From IMG/VR virus record IMGVR_UViG_3300046007_012347: a DNA stretch of 64,000 nt; one strand, given 5' to 3'. Within the stretch, counting starts at the first letter, position 1; each line of letters begins with the position of its first letter. The DNA is from an uncultured virus (IMG/VR IMGVR_UViG_3300046007_012347). Taxonomy: Duplodnaviria; Heunggongvirae; Uroviricota; Caudoviricetes. Positions 6,687 through 16,736 of the stretch are shown here, piece by piece. The notes beneath the pieces are model-generated. The model made no database searches and had not been told where the DNA came from. It worked only from the letters and a program-made list of their open reading frames with translations. Position numbers and translations under genes: made by a program.

Positions 6687-6953
6687 TCAAACGTCATATT
6701 CTCTACAGGATTGATCTTCGGGGTGGGCGCGGCAGTAGTCATCAAAATTTTCTTCTCCATCGTGCGCTGCTTGTTCAAGCAAGGTGATTTGCTTGATGCG
6801 CTTGATATGCGCTTGAAGCTTTGGCAGGAGAGTGGGTACGTAAAGATGTTCGGCAGCAAGAAGCTGCAAAGCAGTTTGTCTATTTGAACTGCCGCATTCA
6901 AGCAAGGACACGAGGAATTGCGCCTCTTGCATAGTTAAATCGTTGCTCTTCAT
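6687..6953 (-). CDS. CP12-like protein (C-terminal CP12 motif)
   Basis: C-terminus FDDYCRAHPEDQSCREYDV matches the CP12 YCxxxPxxxECxxYD pattern. Confidence 0.7.
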   Translation of the reverse strand: MKSNDLTMQEAQFLVSLLECGSSNRQTALQLLAAEHLYVPTLLPKLQAHIKRIKQITLLEQAAHDGEENFDDYCRAHPEDQSCREYDV

Positions 6954-6984
6954 TCCATAGCAGAACTATTGCTTGAAAATCATA

Positions 6985-8352
6985 CTAGGAGATGAGGCTC
7001 TCAATCCAACCAATGTCATCATCTTTGCTTGCGGCAAGAATTGCGCCTGCCATTGCAAACGCTAAGTCGTCAATTCCAGAAGCCTTGCCGCCAGTTACGC
7101 TCCATTGTCCACTTGGTTTATAGACCACAGTGAGATTCTTAAGCTGCATGATTGCTTTCTCGTGGCGATACACATTAATTTGTCCTGCATTAAACAATTC
7201 GCGCATCTTGCTGAATGCTTTCATCTTGGAGCTAACAGTCCATGTGAGTTCCGTGATGGGCAAATCGCTCGCCAAACTTTGAATGGTGCCAGCACTGTTG
7301 AACTGGTCCATCACGATGGTGTCAAAAACGTAAAGACGATGCTGTTCCTTAATCCAATCTTCCACAGCATTAATATTCACTTCCATTCTCCCATTGATTT
7401 CAAAATCAGCGACGAAGGAGTGGAATTTGTCTACAACTAGCGTGCCGTTTTCATAGTGAACAATACAAGCAGTATAGTCGTCACGGCCAACGCCACCACG
7501 GGCGGGGTCAAGGGCAAGTACATAGGCGCCCTGGAATTCAGGGCGGGGTGGTAGAGCCGCTCTACGGTCATCAACACAGGCATCAACAACATCGCTTGCA
7601 ACGAGGGCTGAAAGATTGCTCGCGAATTGTGCCCCATATTCCACTTTAAACTTCTCTGGATCGCGCTGTCTTTCTGTATCAAGAAACTCTTGCGAAATGC
7701 TTGGGTTCATCTCCCACGTTGGGAGGTTGATGGCCTGCATAAAAGGAAAACGGCCAGAGCTTGCTTCTTTGAAATGCTGGTAGAAGATGCCGTCCGTTAA
7801 CCATGGAGAGGAGAGTTCGAGGATGCGTCCTTTGCCTCCGAACTGAGCGATGGCGGGAGAAAGTGCGTCGTAGATGCCACGACCACCACTATTTGCATCG
7901 CCTTCGGTGGCAAAAGCAAGCTCGTCGAACACTGCTCCAGCGCAAGCGAGACCACGAGCAGCACGTCCTGATGTTGGAATAGCTTTGAATACGCAATTGT
8001 TGCTTAGTTCAATGATGTCGGCAGTTTCGCGGACGATTTCTTGGGCAAAGGGGCTATCAAGAATGAGCTGGCGAATGTTGTTGAGAGCAATGCGAGCCTG
8101 GTCTTGACTGTTGGCGACGGTGACGATATACCATTTCTCTCCTTTTCTCACGCGCCTACGATATTCATCTTCCAGAACGAAGCACATATACACACATGCC
8201 ACTGCCGCCATGACGGTTTTGCCCGATCTTCGCCCAAGCGCCCACACTGCATGGCTCTTATCTGGCTGAAAGAAATTATCAAGAATCTTTGCCTGCTGAG
8301 GGTAGAGATCCAGCTTTAGGGCGTGCTTGGAGAAGTCAGAACATTTCAGCAT
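6985..8352 (-). CDS. terL: Terminase large subunit
   Basis: Walker A GRRSGKT, Walker B AVFDELAF, coupling SSP motif, nuclease LALDPA...DDLAFA. Confidence 0.93.
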   Translation of the reverse strand: MLKCSDFSKHALKLDLYPQQAKILDNFFQPDKSHAVWALGRRSGKTVMAAVACVYMCFVLEDEYRRRVRKGEKWYIVTVANSQDQARIALNNIRQLILDSPFAQEIVRETADIIELSNNCVFKAIPTSGRAARGLACAGAVFDELAFATEGDANSGGRGIYDALSPAIAQFGGKGRILELSSPWLTDGIFYQHFKEASSGRFPFMQAINLPTWEMNPSISQEFLDTERQRDPEKFKVEYGAQFASNLSALVASDVVDACVDDRRAALPPRPEFQGAYVLALDPARGGVGRDDYTACIVHYENGTLVVDKFHSFVADFEINGRMEVNINAVEDWIKEQHRLYVFDTIVMDQFNSAGTIQSLASDLPITELTWTVSSKMKAFSKMRELFNAGQINVYRHEKAIMQLKNLTVVYKPSGQWSVTGGKASGIDDLAFAMAGAILAASKDDDIGWIESLIS

Positions 8353-8851
8353 GGCGCAAGTCTACAAGAGAATGTAACTCAGAAGAAGGGACGAAATAAG
8401 CTGGTCTGCCATGGGCAGGATCTTTCTTCCATTGTTCCTGCATTGCATCTTCACTCTTTATCCAACCATGGAGAAGAGTGATTTTGTTTTGTATCGTAAC
8501 CAACACTAAGGTTTTTCCAGGCTTCTCGTCTAATTGGCAGATGAGGTCGTAGTCATGACGAGAGCGTGTCTTCACGTCAATATTGGGAGGAAGATCAAAA
8601 GATCCTCGCTTTGCTTCTGTTTCTTGATAGAGAAACTCCCGCAGATGGAGATAATCTGCCACTGCTAGTTCGCCAGCAGCGCCAAGCTTGTGAAAGAGCA
8701 GCGCTTTGCCACCATCCGCCGGCCCTCCATTGCGTCCTTTCAAGCCTTTTCGCTCGTTCGTGCGCTGTCTGCGTACGGCTTCCGCCCGCACAAGCTCCTT
8801 GTCTTCCTCGCTAAAGCCAAAAACAAGTGGAGAACTGGCCATAGTGTGCAT
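8336..8851 (-). CDS. Hypothetical protein, possible PD-(D/E)XK fold
   Basis: GAAGELAV...FDL..IDVKTR. Confidence 0.6.
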   Translation of the reverse strand: MHTMASSPLVFGFSEEDKELVRAEAVRRQRTNERKGLKGRNGGPADGGKALLFHKLGAAGELAVADYLHLREFLYQETEAKRGSFDLPPNIDVKTRSRHDYDLICQLDEKPGKTLVLVTIQNKITLLHGWIKSEDAMQEQWKKDPAHGRPAYFVPSSELHSLVDLRHAEMF

Positions 8852-8917
8852 AGGCTACGTGACAATGTAGCCGGGTTCTAGAATAAAAGCAACACATTAT
8901 GGCCATAAATAAAGCTT

Positions 8918-11017
8918 ATGGAAAGCGAAGGAATTGACCTTGGTCACGTTGGTAGTGGCGGAGTGAGAGCTGACGGTCTCCAGAACGTGCTCATTGGCAT
9001 GGGCACTGGTCGTGACAAGGCGCAATATACTAAAACTACGGCTACTGTCTTCTTGGCTCAAGAAGAACTAGAAAATCTTTATGGTGAATGGCTCCCTCGT
9101 CGTATTGTTGACATCTATGCTGACCAAGCCACACGAAAAGGCTTCAAAGTACTGTTTGGCGGAGAGGGTGTTAGAGCCGAAGAAGTGCAAGGCATTGAAC
9201 AAGTAATTGAAGACCTATACATCCTTGAGCATCTCAACCTCGCAGCGAAAAACTCCCGCCTCTATGGGGGTGCTTGTCTACTTCTTTTTATTGACGATGG
9301 GCGTCCCGCTTACATGCCTGTCGATAAACGTAATATACGTCGCGTCGAAGACATTGAATGTTTGGATAGATGGCAAATTGCTCCCGTTATCAACGAAGAA
9401 AACCTCTACGACTATTCAAAAGCCACTTATTATCAGATCATCTCTGGAGATTTAATTAACCAGCCACAATTGTCCTACATCCACAAAGACAGGATTCTTC
9501 GCTTTGATGGGGACTGGCTTCCTTATCGCATTCGGCAAAGGAACTATGGATGGGGCATGAGTAGCCTGCAGACTGTTTATGACAGCTTCAGGCATTATTG
9601 GACGGGATTGAATTCAGCGGCCACGCTTCTCACTGAGTTTGATATTTTTGTTCATAAAGTGAGGGGCTTGGCAGCGATGCTTGCTGCTGGTAAAGAAAGC
9701 TCCATTCGTGATCGCCTGCAGGTGAATGATATGAGCAAAAGCATTTATCGCGGCTACGCGATTGATGCGGAAAAGGAGGAGCTTGAATTTATTAGTCGCA
9801 ACTTTGGCGGCATTGGAGAAATCTTAGAAAAGCTGCGCGTTGATATTATTGGCGCCAGCAAGATTCCTCATACTGTTTTGTTTGGCGAAAGCCCGAGTGG
9901 TCTTGGTTCCACTGGTCGCAGCGAAGAGCGTGACTTTGCCAAGATGCTTGCTGATTATCAAAGCGTTAATTTCAAGCGGCCGATGAAGAAGCTGCTTGAA
10001 TACATTATGCTCAGTAAAGAAGGTCCGACGAAAGGAGAACTGCCCGAATCATGGCGCATCTCCTTTAATCCATTGTTCGAGCTTAATGAGCGCGAAATGG
10101 CTGACGTACGGGCGCGTGTGGCGGCTGTAGACGGCCGTTACATCCAGCTCGGTGTACTGAGTCCCAAGGAGGTGGCGGATGCCCGTTATGGCGGTTCTGA
10201 GTGGAGCATGGAGCTTACGCTCGATCCGTCCGTAGTGCGGGAACTTCCCACTCAAGCTGGGGGTGGATCCACTCAAGATGGGGGTGGAAAAGGCAAGCTT
10301 GCAGTGCCTCCTGGCGGCCGCGATCCCATGAATGAGGAGAATGGCACTCTTCCCATGGATGGAAGCAGGGAAGTAGAGGACAGCCGGGAGGATAGCGCGG
10401 GGCTTTATTTACCTGGTGATCTTGAGAAAGTACGTGGCGACGTAAAATTCACTGACGAAGCATTGCATTCACGAGCAGTGAGTGCCGCCAAAGCTAAGTT
10501 CAAAGTGTGGCCGTCTGCTTATGCCAGTGGTTACGTCGTGCAACAGTACAAGCAAATGTATAAGAAGAAGCATGGCTCGCTGAGCGGAGCTTTCAAGAGC
10601 GACGAACAGGAGCTTCATGCCGATGATCTTGATAAGTGGTTTAAGGAAAAATGGGTGAGGATTGGCGCTAACGGCGAAATCCTTGGTCCATGTGGCGCTC
10701 GTGAAGAGAAAGAAGGCAAACCCAAGTGTCTTCCGCAAGCCAAAGCTCAAGCCATGAGCAAAGAAGAGCGGCAAACAATTGTTGCCCGTAAGCGCAAAGC
10801 CGATCCCGATCCAGAACGCAAAGGGCCGGCAAAGAACGTCAGCAGCAAAGTTGATGCGCTTGAGCCCATGAAAGTGGAAGGTCTCATCCTTTCTGACGTT
10901 GACGAAGCATCGCTGATTAGTCCAGAAGATATTGACGCTGCATTGAACCAATGGAAAGAGGAAGCGCCTGAGCGTTTCAAGGATATTCTGGAGGCTGAAG
11001 ATGCAAGGCCTGAATGA
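8918..11017 (+). CDS. Portal protein (DUF1073-like) with long C-terminal extension
   Basis: RRIVDIYADQATRKG, SRLYGGA, HKDRILRFDG, IPHTVLFGESPSGL; position next to terminase. Confidence 0.88.
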   Translation: MESEGIDLGHVGSGGVRADGLQNVLIGMGTGRDKAQYTKTTATVFLAQEELENLYGEWLPRRIVDIYADQATRKGFKVLFGGEGVRAEEVQGIEQVIEDLYILEHLNLAAKNSRLYGGACLLLFIDDGRPAYMPVDKRNIRRVEDIECLDRWQIAPVINEENLYDYSKATYYQIISGDLINQPQLSYIHKDRILRFDGDWLPYRIRQRNYGWGMSSLQTVYDSFRHYWTGLNSAATLLTEFDIFVHKVRGLAAMLAAGKESSIRDRLQVNDMSKSIYRGYAIDAEKEELEFISRNFGGIGEILEKLRVDIIGASKIPHTVLFGESPSGLGSTGRSEERDFAKMLADYQSVNFKRPMKKLLEYIMLSKEGPTKGELPESWRISFNPLFELNEREMADVRARVAAVDGRYIQLGVLSPKEVADARYGGSEWSMELTLDPSVVRELPTQAGGGSTQDGGGKGKLAVPPGGRDPMNEENGTLPMDGSREVEDSREDSAGLYLPGDLEKVRGDVKFTDEALHSRAVSAAKAKFKVWPSAYASGYVVQQYKQMYKKKHGSLSGAFKSDEQELHADDLDKWFKEKWVRIGANGEILGPCGAREEKEGKPKCLPQAKAQAMSKEERQTIVARKRKADPDPERKGPAKNVSSKVDALEPMKVEGLILSDVDEASLISPEDIDAALNQWKEEAPERFKDILEAEDARPE

Positions 11018-11684
11018 TCTATCAACGTTCGCTGCCGCTCTTGAACTGCGTCTTGATGAATCCTCATGGCGCTACGACCCCGTTACTGGCCGTTATCGCG
11101 GAAGTAACGGACGCTTCCTTAGTCAGTCTGCCGTTGAAGCTTTGGTTGATGGTCGAATTAACAAGCTTGGCACTTTGCTGCGTCGTCTTACAAACATGCT
11201 TAGCAACGGCGATATTACGCTGGTTCAATGGCAAGAAAGCGTGAGGGAAGCGCTTAAGCTTGCGCATGTACAAGCAGCAATCATCGGCAATGGTGGCAGG
11301 GATAATATGCAGGCTTCAGATTGGGGTCGCATCGGTCAGCGCCTTCGTGCGGAATATCGTTATCTGGAGGGTTTTGCTCGCGATCTTCTGGCTGGGAGCA
11401 TTTCTACTCCCATGGCTATTGCTCGTATCGGCATGTATTCTCAAGCTGTGCGAGGTTCTTACTGGGAAGGCAGTGCAATTCGACAAGAGCGACAAGGTTA
11501 TAGCTTGATGCGACGCATCCTTGATCCACAGGCAAAGCATTGTGATGACTGCGTGCGTTTTGCGGCGAGGGGCGTTGTTCCCATTGGAAGCTTGCCAATG
11601 CCAGGACAGCGATGCGCGTGCCTTTCTAATTGCAGATGCCGCGTACAATACATGCGTCAACAGGCGCCAGTCGTGGCAGTGTGA
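11001..11684 (+). CDS. Minor head/head morphogenesis protein
   Basis: Follows portal; C-terminal HCDDC...CACLSNCRC. Confidence 0.7.
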   Translation: MQGLNDLSTFAAALELRLDESSWRYDPVTGRYRGSNGRFLSQSAVEALVDGRINKLGTLLRRLTNMLSNGDITLVQWQESVREALKLAHVQAAIIGNGGRDNMQASDWGRIGQRLRAEYRYLEGFARDLLAGSISTPMAIARIGMYSQAVRGSYWEGSAIRQERQGYSLMRRILDPQAKHCDDCVRFAARGVVPIGSLPMPGQRCACLSNCRCRVQYMRQQAPVVAV

Positions 11685-11686
11685 GC

Positions 11687-12409
11687 ATGGATGTATTGGT
11701 TGGAAGCACGGGCCTCATCGGACAAGTGCTTCGTGAGGCGCACGAGTTTGGCGCCTGCTTCCATTCCAAAAACATTCACGAAGCTCCATTGCTCAAGGAG
11801 CCCATCGAAAGGCTGTATTTAGCTTGTATGCCGGCGGAGAAATGGAAAGCGAATGCAGCGCCGCTAGATGATTTTGACAATATGAACAGCATCATTCAAA
11901 ACATCCGACATCTCCCAAGTCCAGCGGAGGTCATTGTTTATTCAACGATTGACGTGCATGGACAAACAGCATATTATGCAGGCGGGATTCCTGAAATTTT
12001 CGCTATTGACTACGGCGCTAATCGCTATATCTTCGAAATGCTTGTGAAGGCGGCATTCCGTGATTCGGTGGTGACAATTATTCGCCTTCCTGCATTGTTT
12101 CATCGTTTTATTAAAAAGAATATTCTGTTTGATCTATTAACAAACAACAATGTAGAGAAGATTAATATCAATTCTGCCTATCAATGGTATTGCTTGGATG
12201 ATTTATGGAAGGACACAAAAAAGGCAATCAGTGGCACCACTAATCAATTTTTCCCTGCTCCCATTGAAACCGCTGAAATCATTCGGCGCTTCTTCCCTGA
12301 AGCAAATGTAAGCAGTGGTCCCCGCATTGAATACAACATTGGTACATATACTGCGACTAGGCATGAGACAATGAAGAAGATGGAGGCTTTTATCAATGCT
12401 TGGCATTAG
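11687..12409 (+). CDS. NAD-dependent epimerase/dehydratase-like protein
   Basis: VGSTGLIG, STIDV, YGANR, IIRLPALF. Confidence 0.8.
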   Translation: MDVLVGSTGLIGQVLREAHEFGACFHSKNIHEAPLLKEPIERLYLACMPAEKWKANAAPLDDFDNMNSIIQNIRHLPSPAEVIVYSTIDVHGQTAYYAGGIPEIFAIDYGANRYIFEMLVKAAFRDSVVTIIRLPALFHRFIKKNILFDLLTNNNVEKININSAYQWYCLDDLWKDTKKAISGTTNQFFPAPIETAEIIRRFFPEANVSSGPRIEYNIGTYTATRHETMKKMEAFINAWH

Positions 12410-13136
12410 TGCAATCGGCTGGAAAGATGAAGAAGAGCATGAAATCTTGAGCACCAATGCTGGCGCTTTTAATTTCATTGAACTAGTGCCATCCCGCATC
12501 TTTGCTAGAAACGAAGACTTTGGCGATATCGCCAAGCGCTACAGGGAAGACTATGGACTCTGGGCGTATTCAGCCCAAGCATTGTTTCATGACAGTGCGG
12601 TGCAAAGCTTTGAAGACACTGCTGCCACTCAAGAGCATTTGTTGCGAGTGGTGAAGCTTGGCTCCCTGATGGGCATCAAGCGCTTTGTCCTCGGCAGCCC
12701 TGCTTTGCGCAGGGGAAGCCCGTCAAGCCTGATGGAAACTCTCAAGCGTATGGATTCAATCTTGGAAGCAAACGATGCCATTCTTTGCATTGAACCCATT
12801 GCTAAGGCATTTGGCGGAAAGTATTTCTATACAGTTGAGGAAATTGTCAACCACATTAATTTCTATAATTTGCGTAATGTAAAGACAATGCTCGACACCA
12901 ATAATGCTTGGCTACAGGGAGATAGTCCCGCGAAGATTATCAAGCATTATTTCGCTTTCATTGCTCACGTGCATATCAGCGATACTGACAATGGCCCCAT
13001 CCTCAATCAATACGAGCATAAACAAATTAAGCTTCTTCTTGATGCAAGCTCGTATCAATATGGCATCACTCGCGAACTCGCCAATGCCTCTAAGCATCAT
13101 CGCGAACATCCTTTATTTAGACAGCTTTATGGCTGA
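12396..13136 (+). CDS. Sugar-phosphate isomerase/epimerase (xylose-isomerase-like TIM barrel)
   Basis: VLGSP, LCIEP, MLDT and HVHISD metal motifs. Confidence 0.82.
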   Translation: MLGISAIGWKDEEEHEILSTNAGAFNFIELVPSRIFARNEDFGDIAKRYREDYGLWAYSAQALFHDSAVQSFEDTAATQEHLLRVVKLGSLMGIKRFVLGSPALRRGSPSSLMETLKRMDSILEANDAILCIEPIAKAFGGKYFYTVEEIVNHINFYNLRNVKTMLDTNNAWLQGDSPAKIIKHYFAFIAHVHISDTDNGPILNQYEHKQIKLLLDASSYQYGITRELANASKHHREHPLFRQLYG

Positions 13137-14080
13137 GCAATAATTTGCCTTGCCATTTGTTCAATGGCATAGATGCCCTGGATTTTGCCAGTGAAAAAGG
13201 AAAACAAATTGTCTTCTTGGCGCATTAATGGCGTGCGATTGGCGCTGCTGTCTTTGGTTTTTGCTTTGATGGAAAGCGTTGGAAATAGATAGTCAAAGCT
13301 ATCGGTAAAGTCAGGCCAGTAGCGCTCTACGTGCTGCTCAATCTTGCGTCTTGCATTGTCCGCATCGTCAAGCGAATTGCCAAGCATGATTCCGTGCCTG
13401 ACGTGGCTTAGCGAGAAGCATTTGTCGTTGTATGGATAGATGGAAAACAATTCGCCGTCAATGTAAGTAAGTGCGCCAAAAGGAAGAGGCTTCTTGGGGC
13501 GATAGATGAACATTGCCACTGCTTCAAAAAAGTGGGAAGACAATGGCTCCAGGAGAGAGTTATTGGTGCAATCAAAAACAAAGTCATAATCCTGCTTTAG
13601 CGCTTGCAGATTGCATCGCTGAATTTTTTCCTTTTTGACCAGCGACTCTAGGCACCATTGAAAATACAGATTGGCCCCGATGGCATCAATACGCTTCTCG
13701 GAGGTGTCCAGCAAAAGCGATGTGTGACTAAAGGCCTGTGGATCCAACTGGGTATGCGGACCATTCCCGAAAATAATTGAAATGGTTTCAGCATCAAGAA
13801 GGCTTTCATCTTCTGATACCGCGTAGTAATTATTCCCTACATCGTGAACGAGATCGCCATAATCCTCCATAAAGCGCACAAAAGTGGTAGCACACAATCG
13901 ACGAGTGGCGGCATTCCTGGCATAGTGGTAGCCGTAGTGCAGCCGATTTTGGTTAATGAAAGACGTTTCTGAAATGAGCGTATGGTTCTTTTCGTACAGC
14001 GTCACCTCCGCCTCATCGCGAAAAGCCATTGCCAAATGACATCCCACCCAGCCGCCACCAATAATTGCAATGCGCTTCAT
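13127..14080 (-). CDS. FAD-dependent oxidoreductase
   Basis: IAIIGGGWVG, NQNRLHYGYHY, GKI. Confidence 0.85.
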   Translation of the reverse strand: MKRIAIIGGGWVGCHLAMAFRDEAEVTLYEKNHTLISETSFINQNRLHYGYHYARNAATRRLCATTFVRFMEDYGDLVHDVGNNYYAVSEDESLLDAETISIIFGNGPHTQLDPQAFSHTSLLLDTSEKRIDAIGANLYFQWCLESLVKKEKIQRCNLQALKQDYDFVFDCTNNSLLEPLSSHFFEAVAMFIYRPKKPLPFGALTYIDGELFSIYPYNDKCFSLSHVRHGIMLGNSLDDADNARRKIEQHVERYWPDFTDSFDYLFPTLSIKAKTKDSSANRTPLMRQEDNLFSFFTGKIQGIYAIEQMARQIIAQP

Positions 14081-14775
14081 CAGATGTCAATACAAAGGTG
14101 GGGCTGTACGCCTTGCCAATTGCTTTTGGCTTTGGCCAGTTCTAGCTGAGGGAAGTATTCAATGCGACGTTGCATGCCAGTTCCGTAGGGATCTGCATGC
14201 CCTTGATAGTTCCATTCATCAGGACCGTGCTTGTCTGGATGATAGATGTGGCATGGCACGTCCTGAAGCTTCCAGAGCATATAGTCCTCGTTTGGCACTC
14301 CCCATTGCTTCCATCGCTGCAGCGCCTCTGGCGAGCTGTCTGTGTTTTTGATGGCCATCAAGCGCTCCTTGTGGGCCATGAGGTAGTCGTGGCGGTAAAG
14401 ACCGATGCTCATGGAGGGCGTGTGTTTCATTGCCACCTTCTCAGGCGCCTCCACAGGGGGCTCGTAAGCAAGCTGTTTGAAAGTGGGGCCTGCAATGCAA
14501 GTGTCGTGAAGGAGGAACCAATATGGACTCTCCATTGAATGCTCAACAATTTCAATGAGCGGCGTGTATTCAAAGGAATTTTGCTGCGTCAGCAGCATTG
14601 GTACGCCTTTATAGCTTATGAAAGCCCTGACGGTTTGCCCTCCATTGACAATCAAAATCTCCTCTGGCTTTAGTCCAGCAGCAAGCAAGCTAGGGATGAT
14701 GACGGGAATTGTGTGCGGAGCAAACTTCTTGCACGTACTAATACAAAACCGGATTGAGCCTTCTGGAAGAATCAT
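14080..14775 (-). CDS. Glycosyltransferase-like protein (GT-A)
   Basis: ILIVNGG, WFLLHDT; located in the glycan cluster. Confidence 0.55.
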   Translation of the reverse strand: MILPEGSIRFCISTCKKFAPHTIPVIIPSLLAAGLKPEEILIVNGGQTVRAFISYKGVPMLLTQQNSFEYTPLIEIVEHSMESPYWFLLHDTCIAGPTFKQLAYEPPVEAPEKVAMKHTPSMSIGLYRHDYLMAHKERLMAIKNTDSSPEALQRWKQWGVPNEDYMLWKLQDVPCHIYHPDKHGPDEWNYQGHADPYGTGMQRRIEYFPQLELAKAKSNWQGVQPHLCIDI

Positions 14776-14836
14776 CTAGCCTCCTTTTGCCGTCAGCATA
14801 AAAGGCTCTTAAGATGACGAAGATTCAGAGGAGATC

Positions 14837-16042
14837 ATGGCTCGTATTCTGTACTGTGGCGATGCTTTTGTAGAAACTGGCTTTGGGAGAGTGGCTCAAT
14901 ATTTGCTTCCCGCATTAGCAGAAGAGCATGAAGTGGCGGTTTTGGCGGTCAACTTTCACGGCGACCCCCATCCAGAAGCAAAGAACTATACGGTTTATCC
15001 AGCCATGCTTCATGGTGCCGATCCATTTGGCTCCCATCGCATCACTGGAGTCATTCAAGCTTTTAAGCCAGATCTGGTATGGGTGACAAACGACATCTGG
15101 ATTGCATTGAGCCTATGGGAAAGGGCGAAACCCCTCAAGGAGCAGCTTGGTTTTAAATGGTTTGTTTACACTCCCATTGATTCCTACGGTTTGTTCCCAG
15201 ATCTGACCAAGCCCATGATGGAGTGGGACGGCCTTGCCACCTACACAGAGTTTGCGAAGAAAGAGCTTGAGCTAATGGGCTACACAAAGCCCGTGCGTAT
15301 CATTGGTCATGGCACTGATTTCACGAAGTTCTTCCCGCTCGACAAGCAGGAATGCCGCAAGAAGCTTGGCGTGCCAGAAGATGTGTTTGTCGTGTTCAAT
15401 GGCAACAGGAATCAGCCACGTAAGCGCATTGACCTGACAATTAAAGCATTCATCAAATTTGCCAAGGACAAAGACGATGCTCGACTATGGCTCAATATGG
15501 GCAGCAAGGACTTGGGCTGGGAATTGGTTCCGCTCTTTAAGCGAGTGGCACGTGACGAAGGCTTTGATGCCACTGGCAAGCTTATCTTGACAAGCCCGCA
15601 CTATTCAGTGGACAATTGCCTTCCCATTGAACAGCTTAATCAGGTGTATAACGCTGTCGATATTGGCATCAACACTTGCATTGGTGAAGGGTGGGGCTTA
15701 GTCAATAGCGAGCATGGTTCTGTTGGCGTGGCACAAGTTGTACCTGACCATACGAGCTTGGCTGAAATCTTTGATGAGGTGCCTCGTATTCAATGCAATG
15801 CTTCCGAAACTGATCGGAATTATGGTCTTGAGCGCTTGCTTCCCGATCCCGAAAACGCAGCAGAAATCTTGTCGTATTACTACGAGAACCGCAATGCACT
15901 GAGGAAAGATGGGCAATGGTGCTACAAGCGTCTGCGTGAAGAGCCTTTTACTTGGCCGCATATTCAGAAACAGCTTCTTGATGTAGTTGCACGCATTATT
16001 GGCGGCAATAAAATCATTTCATCTGGCAAAGGGTTTGGTTGA
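14837..16042 (+). CDS. Glycosyltransferase family 4 (GT-B)
   Basis: TGFGRV, NRNQPRKRID, GEGWGLVNSE. Confidence 0.88.
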   Translation: MARILYCGDAFVETGFGRVAQYLLPALAEEHEVAVLAVNFHGDPHPEAKNYTVYPAMLHGADPFGSHRITGVIQAFKPDLVWVTNDIWIALSLWERAKPLKEQLGFKWFVYTPIDSYGLFPDLTKPMMEWDGLATYTEFAKKELELMGYTKPVRIIGHGTDFTKFFPLDKQECRKKLGVPEDVFVVFNGNRNQPRKRIDLTIKAFIKFAKDKDDARLWLNMGSKDLGWELVPLFKRVARDEGFDATGKLILTSPHYSVDNCLPIEQLNQVYNAVDIGINTCIGEGWGLVNSEHGSVGVAQVVPDHTSLAEIFDEVPRIQCNASETDRNYGLERLLPDPENAAEILSYYYENRNALRKDGQWCYKRLREEPFTWPHIQKQLLDVVARIIGGNKIISSGKGFG

Positions 16043-16044
16043 TA

Positions 16045-16734
16045 ATGACCAATCTTCAAGTGGTAAAAGTAGGAGTGCCAACTCTTAGTCGTTACGATTT
16101 AATGTTACGATTTTGCCTTGCATTTGCCGAAGAAAAAGAGCCAATCGTGGTTCCTGAAATTACGGTCTTGGATAATGGGGGTAGTTTTTTATCATCAAAA
16201 GAGGGGAAAATTCTCATGCAAACATCGGGACTTCCCCCCATTCAGGTGTTTGTTCCAGATTACAATTTTGGCGTGGCAAAAAGCTGGAACTATTTTGCGA
16301 AAAATCTTGGTCAATGCATTATTAGCAACGACGATGTTTTAATGAGCACAAAAACAATTCAATCTTTCATTGACGCTTTTAAACAAAACCAAGAGGCTTG
16401 CATTATTGAGAATTCCCATCCCAATGAAGGCTTTTCAACATTTTTTCTTGCCAATGCAACAAAGTGGCTTGATTTGGGCGGATTTGACGAATCTTTTTAC
16501 CCGGCTTACTTTGAAGATAACGACACTCGCTATCGACTTTCCATTGCACAGTGCCCCACTGTAAAAATCGGTGTCCCAGATTGGTCTCATGATAATTCCT
16601 CGACACTGCACGGATCTAGCCATGATTACCAAAGAAATCACTGGGGCAGTTTCTTTCGCAATCAAGCGTATTACATTCAAAAATGGGGCGGCCCTCCCAA
16701 CGAAGAAAAATTCCTTGCTCCATTTGATAAATAG
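16045..16734 (+). CDS. Glycosyltransferase family 2-like
   Basis: VLDNG, NFGVAKSWN, SNDD, GGFDESFYPAYFEDND. Confidence 0.85.
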   Translation: MTNLQVVKVGVPTLSRYDLMLRFCLAFAEEKEPIVVPEITVLDNGGSFLSSKEGKILMQTSGLPPIQVFVPDYNFGVAKSWNYFAKNLGQCIISNDDVLMSTKTIQSFIDAFKQNQEACIIENSHPNEGFSTFFLANATKWLDLGGFDESFYPAYFEDNDTRYRLSIAQCPTVKIGVPDWSHDNSSTLHGSSHDYQRNHWGSFFRNQAYYIQKWGGPPNEEKFLAPFDK

Positions 16735-16736
16735 TT

